NCBI GenBank assembly: GCA_964487375.1
Contig: CAZAQA010000009.1
Span: 47,747 to 111,746, forward strand
Reading direction: 5' to 3'
Length of the DNA: 64,000 bases
Origin: an uncultured Anaerolineae bacterium
GTDB lineage: Bacteria; Chloroflexota; Anaerolineae; JAADDB01
In this document: positions 57,994 to 64,000 of the stretch, piece by piece
Position numbering within the stretch: position 1 is the first letter of the stretch
Layout of the letters: the number at the start of each line of letters is the position of its first letter
The notes under the pieces: model-generated
What the model was told of the DNA's origin: nothing
Seen by the model: the letters and a program-made list of their open reading frames with translations, nothing else
Database searches by the model: none
Position numbers and translations under genes: made by a program

Positions 57994-58818
57994 ATGAGAT
58001 TCGCGGGCACACAAGAGACGGTGATCCGACCGCCGGCCGTCGCAGGAACGTTCTATCCGGCCGATCCGCTCGAGTTGCAACAAACGGTCCGGGCATTTTT
58101 GGCCCAGGCCCAGGTGCCTGATCTGAAAAATGTGCGCGCGGTCATTGCGCCCCACGCGGGATATCTCTACAGCGGCCCGGTAGCCGGCCACGCCTTCAAA
58201 GCGTTGGCGAACGTACCGGAAAGACCGCGCGTTCTTTATCTCATGGGACCCGCCCACTATGTGTACGTGCCGGGCGTCGCGGTTGCCACCTTCGCCGGAT
58301 TCTCCACCCCCCTGGGGACGGTGCCGGTCGCCACAGAAATTGTGGACGTGTTGCTGGCGCAAGGGAAGCCCTTCCTGCCCGGCAACGATGCTCACCTTCC
58401 GGAGCATTGTCTGGAGGTAGAATTACCCTTCCTGCAGTCGATCTTCAACAACTCTGTACGAATCGTGCCCTTGCTCTTTGGTCAGGTTGATCCTTTCCGG
58501 GTCGTCCCTGTCCTCACGGAGTGGCTGCAGGCGGATCCCAATGCTCTGATCGTCGTGAGTTCGGATCTCAGTCATTATCATGATTATGCAACAGCACGAC
58601 GGTTAGACCAGGGTTTCCTGGAAGCGGTCGTGCACGGGGATTTACAACAGGCTCAGGAGGGAGAGGCCTGTGGCCTGCTGCCCATTCTCACGTTGATGGG
58701 TCTGGCCCGTCGCCTGGGCTGGCACGCTCACCTGCTGGACTATCGCAATTCAGGTGACACGGCCGGCGACAAGTCCCGTGTGGTCGGGTACAGTGCTGTG
58801 GCGTACACGGCCGCTTAA
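57994..58818 (+). CDS. MEMO1-family protein (AmmeMemoRadiSam system protein B)
   Basis: Hallmarks AGTFYP and IAPHAGYLYSG (metal-binding His). LSHYHDY. Confidence 0.8.
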   Translation: MRFAGTQETVIRPPAVAGTFYPADPLELQQTVRAFLAQAQVPDLKNVRAVIAPHAGYLYSGPVAGHAFKALANVPERPRVLYLMGPAHYVYVPGVAVATFAGFSTPLGTVPVATEIVDVLLAQGKPFLPGNDAHLPEHCLEVELPFLQSIFNNSVRIVPLLFGQVDPFRVVPVLTEWLQADPNALIVVSSDLSHYHDYATARRLDQGFLEAVVHGDLQQAQEGEACGLLPILTLMGLARRLGWHAHLLDYRNSGDTAGDKSRVVGYSAVAYTAA

Positions 58819-58827
58819 GGAGATGGG

Positions 58828-59463
58828 ATGGTGAACCAAACGGCGAAGCAAATGGAAAAGGGACAGAGAGAGGAAGAAAACCTTCCGGTCCTTTCAGCAG
58901 AAGAAGGCGATCTTCTGTTGACCATTGCCCGGAAAACTCTGGAAGAGCGATTACTTCGCGGCCGCACATACGATCCTGACTTGCGTGTTCTGCCGCAAGT
59001 CCTACGTATGCCCGGCGCCTCTTTTGTTACCCTGACGCAGGCGGGGCAGTTGCGCGGCTGCATCGGCTCGGTGGTGGCTCATCAGGCATTGGCCCTCGAC
59101 GTGCGCGACAATGCCGTCAAGGCCGCCCTGGCGGACCCGCGCTTCCCGCCCCTGCGGCCGGAAAAGTTACCGTACACCACCATTGAAGTTTCGGTATTGA
59201 GCCCCCTGCGCCCGCTGACGTACGATCGCCCGGAAGAGCTGTTGCGGCAGATCACCCCGGGCAAGCACGGACTTTTGCTGGTCAACGGGACCCGGCGGGG
59301 GCTGTTGCTCCCTCAGGTGTGGGAAAAACTGCCTAACAAGGTCACTTTCTTGCAGCAACTGAGCCTGAAGGCCGGACTTCCAACCGATGCCTGGACATAC
59401 CCATCGACGCGAATTCTTGTCTTCGAAGTCCAGGAATTTCAGGAAAAAGGAACCGAGAAGTGA
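58828..59463 (+). CDS. AMMECR1-domain protein (AmmeMemoRadiSam system protein A)
   Basis: GASFVTLTQAGQLRGCIG and LLLPQVW motifs of AMMECR1. 9 nt after the gene B stop. Confidence 0.8.
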   Translation: MVNQTAKQMEKGQREEENLPVLSAEEGDLLLTIARKTLEERLLRGRTYDPDLRVLPQVLRMPGASFVTLTQAGQLRGCIGSVVAHQALALDVRDNAVKAALADPRFPPLRPEKLPYTTIEVSVLSPLRPLTYDRPEELLRQITPGKHGLLLVNGTRRGLLLPQVWEKLPNKVTFLQQLSLKAGLPTDAWTYPSTRILVFEVQEFQEKGTEK

Positions 59464-59588
59464 GAACAAGCGTACTCACTTGTGAGTCAAATCTCTGCTC
59501 GTCGCGAGGGGAAGAGAGGATGACCCGGACGAGTCAAGGACGCAATCCGGCAGAGCAGAGGCTCTGACCGTGAGGAGGTGAAGGGAAG

Positions 59589-62072
59589 ATGTTCAACTGG
59601 CAAAGAGAGACGAACGAGCAGACACGTATCCCGGATGAGCTCCCCATCCTGCCCCTGCGGAACACGGTGGCGCTGCCGTTTACCGTGCTGCCGCTGACGG
59701 TGGGGATCCCCCGGTCGGTCAAACTGATCGAAGAAGCCATGGAGGGAGACCGGATCATCGGGCTAGTGGCGATGAAAGACCCAAGCATCGAACTCCCCGG
59801 TCCGGATGAAGTGTACACCACGGGCACCGCGGCCCAGATTCTCAAGGTCGTCAAGGCGCCGGACGACACCCTCCAGGTGGTCATTCAGGGCCTGGAACGC
59901 ATCAAGATCGACTACTGGACGGCGACGGAGCCTTACTTGAAAGCCCATATCATCGTCGCCCCTGACGAGCGGGGGACCGAGGACGTAGAGGTGGAGGCCT
60001 TCCGACGCACCCTAGTCGACCTGTCACAGAAGCTGGTCCAGTACCTGCCGAACATCCCGGAGGAAGTTGTCGAATTCCTGGAGCGAGTAGAGGATCCGCG
60101 CTATCTGACGTACCTGCTGGCCTCCAATGCTCGCATCGAAATGGAAGACACGCAGAAATTGCTGGAAGAGGACAGCCTGAAGGAGAAAATGCGCCTCCTG
60201 GTCAAGCTCCTCAACCGCGAACTGGAGGTTCTGGAACTCGGGCAGAAGATCCAATCTGAAGCGCGCGAGGAACTGGAGAAGGCCCAACGCGAATACTTCC
60301 TTCGCCAGCAGATGAAGGCCATCCAGCGCGAGTTGGGTGAGGAAGACGAACAGCAACGGGAGATCGAGGAGTACCGACAGAAAATCGAAGCGGCTGGCAT
60401 GACCGAAGAGGCACAAAAAGAAGCCATGCGAGAACTGGCGCGCATGGAAAAAATGCCCCCCCAAGCCGCGGAATATTGGGTCATCAAAACGTACCTCGAT
60501 TGGTTGGTCGAGCTGCCCTGGGACAAGCTCACCGACGATAATCTGGACATCGAACATGCCCGGCAGGTGCTGGACGAGGACCACTACGACCTGGAGAAGG
60601 TCAAGGAGCGCATCCTGGAATACCTGGCCGTGCGTAAGCTGGTCAAAGAGCGAGGCATCGAGGCCAATCCAGAGGAGCGGGGCGCAGCCGGAGCTATCCT
60701 ATGCTTCGTGGGGCCCCCCGGCGTGGGCAAAACCAGTTTAGGCAAATCCATTGCCCGCGCCCTGGGCCGTAAGTTCACCCGCATGAGTCTGGGCGGCGTC
60801 CGCGACGAGGCAGAAATCCGCGGTCACCGACGCACCTACATCGGCGCCATGCCCGGCCGCATCATTCAGGCTATCAAGCGGGTCGGCACGCGCAACCCCG
60901 TCTTCATGCTGGACGAGGTCGACAAAGTCGGCGCAGACTGGCGGGGCGACCCCAGCAGCGCCCTGCTAGAGGTCCTGGACCCGATGCAAAATCACGCCTT
61001 CCGGGACCATTACCTGGATGTGGACTTCGACCTGAGTGAGGTCTTCTGGATCGCGACGGCCAACATCCTGGACACCATCCCGCCGGCCTTATTGGACCGG
61101 ATGGAAGTCATTCACCTGGACGGCTATACAGAGTACGAGAAGATCAAGATCGCCCAGGGCTACCTGATCCCGCGCCAGCTCAAGGCCAACGGCCTTCGGG
61201 AAGAGGAGATCGAGTTCACAGAAGACGCGCTGCGGGCGGTCATCCGGGAGTACACACGCGAGGCCGGTGTGCGCAACCTGGAGCGCGAGATCGGCAGCAT
61301 CTGCCGTAAGGTGGCCGTAAAGATCGCTGCCGGAGAGCTAGGCGAAAAGGAGGTCATCACGCCCAAAAAGGTGCGGGACTACCTGGGACGCCCCCGGTTC
61401 TTCTTCGACGCCGCGGAACGCGTCGAGCGTCCGGGCGTGGCCACGGGCCTGGCCTGGACGCCGACAGGAGGAGAGATCCTCTTCATCGAGGCCACCCGCA
61501 TGCGGGGCAAGGGCAACCTGATCTTGACCGGCCAGCTAGGAGATGTGATGAAGGAATCGGCGCAGATCGCCCTTTCTTATGTACGCTCCAAAGCGGCGGA
61601 TTTCGGCATTGACGAGGCCATCTTCGAGAACAGTGACATCCACGTCCACGTGCCTGCCGGCGCCATTCCCAAGGACGGACCCAGCGCCGGGGTGACCATG
61701 GTCACGGCTATCGTCAGCCTGTTGACGAACCGGCCAGTCCGCTCGGACGTGGCCATGACCGGAGAAATCACTCTGCGCGGCAAAGTCCTGCCCATCGGTG
61801 GGGTGAAACAGAAAGTGCTGGCCGCACACCGGGCCGGACTCAAATGTGTCATCCTGCCGCGGCGCAACGAGGCCGACCTGGAAGATGTCCCAGAAGAGGT
61901 GCGGAATGAGACGCGCTTCGTGCTTGCGGACGAGATCGAGGATGTGGTGCGCAATGCCCTGCGACCTGCTCTCCCTGCCAAAGAGACGGCAGCAACGGTG
62001 GTACCAGCCGCGGAGGCCGGCCGCGACGGCAAAGGACAGGAGCCGGAGGTCGAACCCGACGTTCTGGGTTGA
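59589..62072 (+). CDS. lon: ATP-dependent Lon protease (La)
   Basis: N-terminal LON domain. AAA+ Walker [10 protein letters not shown]. Proteolytic Ser motif [17 protein letters not shown]. Confidence 0.95.
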   Translation: MFNWQRETNEQTRIPDELPILPLRNTVALPFTVLPLTVGIPRSVKLIEEAMEGDRIIGLVAMKDPSIELPGPDEVYTTGTAAQILKVVKAPDDTLQVVIQGLERIKIDYWTATEPYLKAHIIVAPDERGTEDVEVEAFRRTLVDLSQKLVQYLPNIPEEVVEFLERVEDPRYLTYLLASNARIEMEDTQKLLEEDSLKEKMRLLVKLLNRELEVLELGQKIQSEAREELEKAQREYFLRQQMKAIQRELGEEDEQQREIEEYRQKIEAAGMTEEAQKEAMRELARMEKMPPQAAEYWVIKTYLDWLVELPWDKLTDDNLDIEHARQVLDEDHYDLEKVKERILEYLAVRKLVKERGIEANPEERGAAGAILCFVGPPGVGKTSLGKSIARALGRKFTRMSLGGVRDEAEIRGHRRTYIGAMPGRIIQAIKRVGTRNPVFMLDEVDKVGADWRGDPSSALLEVLDPMQNHAFRDHYLDVDFDLSEVFWIATANILDTIPPALLDRMEVIHLDGYTEYEKIKIAQGYLIPRQLKANGLREEEIEFTEDALRAVIREYTREAGVRNLEREIGSICRKVAVKIAAGELGEKEVITPKKVRDYLGRPRFFFDAAERVERPGVATGLAWTPTGGEILFIEATRMRGKGNLILTGQLGDVMKESAQIALSYVRSKAADFGIDEAIFENSDIHVHVPAGAIPKDGPSAGVTMVTAIVSLLTNRPVRSDVAMTGEITLRGKVLPIGGVKQKVLAAHRAGLKCVILPRRNEADLEDVPEEVRNETRFVLADEIEDVVRNALRPALPAKETAATVVPAAEAGRDGKGQEPEVEPDVLG

Positions 62073-62084
62073 AACCTATCGGAC

Positions 62085-62127
62085 GGGGAAAGCATCACCG
62101 GGGACGGTCCCTGGCGATGCTTTCCCC
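62085..62127 (+). terminator. Long perfect hairpin after lon (terminator-like)
   Basis: GGGGAAAGCATC-N19-GATGCTTTCCCC, a 12-bp perfect stem. The loop contains a nested GGGGAC-g-GTCCC. No U-tract. Confidence 0.45.
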
Positions 62128-62346
62128 ATGAGAACGGAGGCCACGCGTCCGTCCTCTCTTTTGTCCTCGTGTCCTTCCCCGTTGTCCCCAGCGTGATACA
62201 CGGCCCTTTACGCCCTTCATCTTTCTACCGGTTTTAGTATATTCACTATGATTGTGTTTGTTCTCCCGATCTTGCCTTTTGGATGGGGAAGAGTGTAAGA
62301 TTGGAGAATCGACGGACGGGAGGATTGTGAGAGGAGGAAGACACTC

Positions 62347-63216
62347 ATGGATACCGTTCAACAAGTTCGGCAACGTGAATCCACTTTTCACTTCATCGTC
62401 GATTTGCTCATCCGACCGGGGCGAGCTTTCAGCGCCCTGGCCCAAGGAAATAGCCGGGGATGGCTCCTCGTAGGCCTCCTGGTCCTGGTGTTCACAATAG
62501 CGCCCATCATCGTCGCTGCCCCCATCACGCGTCAGCAGATTATCAAGACGATGCAGAGGGTTCAGACGCAGATGGTCGTGACGCCGCCCCCCGGCCAGGG
62601 GAGAGCCCCCACCTCGTCCCAGGGACGAGGGCAGCCACCGTCCCCCCAACTCACCCCGGATGTAACGAATGTGGTCGCCAATCCGCTCTTCACGGTGTTC
62701 ATCCCCGGTATCAGTGTTCTCGTGGGCGTGCTCATTGGCTGGCTCATCTGGGCAGGGGTGCTTCATCTCCTGGCAGTCTTCATGGGAGGGCGCAGCGCCT
62801 TCAAGACCATGTTTGCGGCAGTGGTCGCCGCGTCCCTTCCAAACGGCCTGCGCGGCCTCATCCAAACCATTTACATCGCCGCCTCCCACAGTCTGATTCT
62901 GAACCCCGGACTCTCCGGACTGGTGCCCATCGGCTCCCCGGACTCGTTGTACAAAGTCAGCGCGCCGGGAACGCCCCCGACGCTCACGGTTCCCGTAGGG
63001 AAGATGCTGCTGCATCAAGTACTCATGGGCGTGGATATCTTCCTGCTCTGGCGCCTTTTCCTGCTCGGCCTGGCCGTGTGGGCCGTCAGCCGCCTGAGCA
63101 GGAAGCGCGCTTACGCCCTCGTCGTGGGACTTTGGGTCGCGTTCACCCTGCTTGCTCTGGTGCCGACGTTGATCTCTTACACCATGATGAGGGGTTTGAC
63201 AGGGATGGGGGGATGA
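62347..63216 (+). CDS. Yip1-domain membrane protein
   Basis: Five TM helices with the Yip1-like arrangement and a PT/G-rich loop. The stop overlaps the ABC ATPase start (ATGA). Confidence 0.55.
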   Translation: MDTVQQVRQRESTFHFIVDLLIRPGRAFSALAQGNSRGWLLVGLLVLVFTIAPIIVAAPITRQQIIKTMQRVQTQMVVTPPPGQGRAPTSSQGRGQPPSPQLTPDVTNVVANPLFTVFIPGISVLVGVLIGWLIWAGVLHLLAVFMGGRSAFKTMFAAVVAASLPNGLRGLIQTIYIAASHSLILNPGLSGLVPIGSPDSLYKVSAPGTPPTLTVPVGKMLLHQVLMGVDIFLLWRLFLLGLAVWAVSRLSRKRAYALVVGLWVAFTLLALVPTLISYTMMRGLTGMGG

Positions 63217-63905
63217 GTGAGCGAGGACCCATCATCCAGGTAGAGCGTTTGCATCGACACTTTTCCATGGGGACGGAAGTCGTAAAGGCGCTGAACGGCG
63301 TTAGTCTCACCGTCTTCCCAGGGGAATTTTTCGGCGTCATGGGCGCGTCGGGCTCGGGCAAATCCACGCTGCTCTACGTCCTCGGCGGCCTGGATCGTCC
63401 CACTTCCGGGCGGATCATCGTGGCCGGACAGGAGGTGAGCACCCTGGACGAGAACGATCTGGCCGCGTACCGCCGCCACACGGTTGGCTTTGTCTACCAG
63501 ATGTTCCACTTGGTACCGACCATGACCGCCCTTCAGAATGTGGAATTCCCCATGATTATCGCCCGCGTGCCGTCCGGAGAACGTCGCCGTCGCGCTCAGG
63601 AGTTGTTGGGTTTGATGGGGCTTGGGGATCGGCTCCGACACCGACCCACGGAACTCTCGGGAGGGCAACGTCAACGGGTGGCCATTGCCCGCGCTCTGGC
63701 CAATAACCCGGCCATCATCCTGGCAGACGAACCGACCGGGAACCTGGATTCCCGGGCCGGTGCCGACGTGGTGGCGCTGCTCAAAGGTCTGACCCGGGAA
63801 GGCCGCACAGTGGTCATCGTCTCGCACGATCCCGATGTCATCGCCCAAACCGACCGCTACATCCGTCTGCATGATGGTGAAATCGTCGAGGAAGAACGAC
63901 CATGA
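63213..63905 (+). CDS. ABC transporter ATP-binding protein (MacB/LolD/FtsE-like)
   Basis: Walker A GASGSGKST, Q-loop, signature LSGGQRQRVAIARAL, Walker B ILADEPTGNLD, H-loop VIVSHD. 230 aa from ATG 63213; the track's upstream extension was rejected. Confidence 0.9.
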   Translation: MSERGPIIQVERLHRHFSMGTEVVKALNGVSLTVFPGEFFGVMGASGSGKSTLLYVLGGLDRPTSGRIIVAGQEVSTLDENDLAAYRRHTVGFVYQMFHLVPTMTALQNVEFPMIIARVPSGERRRRAQELLGLMGLGDRLRHRPTELSGGQRQRVAIARALANNPAIILADEPTGNLDSRAGADVVALLKGLTREGRTVVIVSHDPDVIAQTDRYIRLHDGEIVEEERP

Positions 63906-64000
63906 GGAAAAACGCGTGTAAATCCTGGAAGTCGTTCGCCATCTTGGCGTTCGTCATAGCCCTGCTCCTGCACGGGAGAGGGGAAATCGTCCTGGCTGCG
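63902..64000 (+). CDS. Start of downstream ORF (probable ABC permease, FtsX/MacB-like), truncated by the window end
   Basis: ATG overlaps the ATPase stop (ATGA). The N-terminus MRKNACKSWKSFAILAFVIALLL has a hydrophobic helix. Partial. Confidence 0.35.
   Translation, partial: MRKNACKSWKSFAILAFVIALLLHGRGEIVLAA

Noticed and set aside
62460-63212. N-terminal 250-aa extension of the ABC ATPase ORF (track ORF 62460-63905)
   Set aside because: The extension overlaps the Yip1 gene in a different frame and is Arg/Pro-rich. A canonical ABC ATPase of 230 aa starts at ATG 63213, overlapping the Yip1 stop.

Overview
High-GC (about 63-65%) bacterial chromosomal segment; gene content (bacterial Elp3, GroEL lacking a GGM tail, LysM/PT-rich surface proteins, CDP-sugar genes) suggests Chloroflexota/Thermomicrobia-like, but taxonomy is inference only. 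All coordinates carry a possible 1-nt uncertainty, because ORF-track and hand indexing disagreed by 1 nt in one checked line.

The window is almost entirely coding. From the 5' end it contains:
- a 1572-aa polytopic GT-C-like membrane protein;
- an RseP-like S2P protease translationally coupled to a zinc-ribbon/TM/LysM protein;
- a HEAT-repeat protein, an AEC transporter, a TPR protein, an archaemetzincin and an MFS transporter;
- citrate synthase followed by a textbook terminator;
- a heat-shock block (two hsp20, groES, groEL);
- a FAH-family gene broken by an in-frame TAG;
- a LacI-regulated sugar ABC operon (SBP plus two permeases) ending in a GH15 hydrolase;
- tRNA-Trp(CCA);
- a long minus-strand run (fumC, acyl-CoA carboxyltransferase, DUF1405-like, acetyltransferase, Zn-ADH, acyl-CoA dehydrogenase, a giant LysM/FG-GAP secreted protein, AI-2E transporter);
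- a CDP-sugar/glycosyltransferase cluster (CDP-glucose 4,6-dehydratase, epimerase, TsaC, TagA-like GT, GT4);
- gdh with a leader hairpin, uspA, and dgkA-ybeY-amidase with overlapping start/stop codons;
- an ECF sigma/ZAS anti-sigma pair next to a tandem thioredoxin and a YuzD-like CxxC protein;
- a bacterial Elp3, a DadA-like oxidoreductase and a methyltransferase;
- AmmeMemoRadiSam components B and A, lon, and a Yip1/ABC module.

The most unusual element is a three-gene cassette inserted into the CDP-sugar cluster: a NurA-like nuclease, a 209-aa protein with no recognisable motif, and a HerA-like HAS-barrel ATPase (39108-42752, minus strand). It is a candidate bacterial end-resection or defence module.

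No CRISPR array, rRNA or obvious mobile element was seen.
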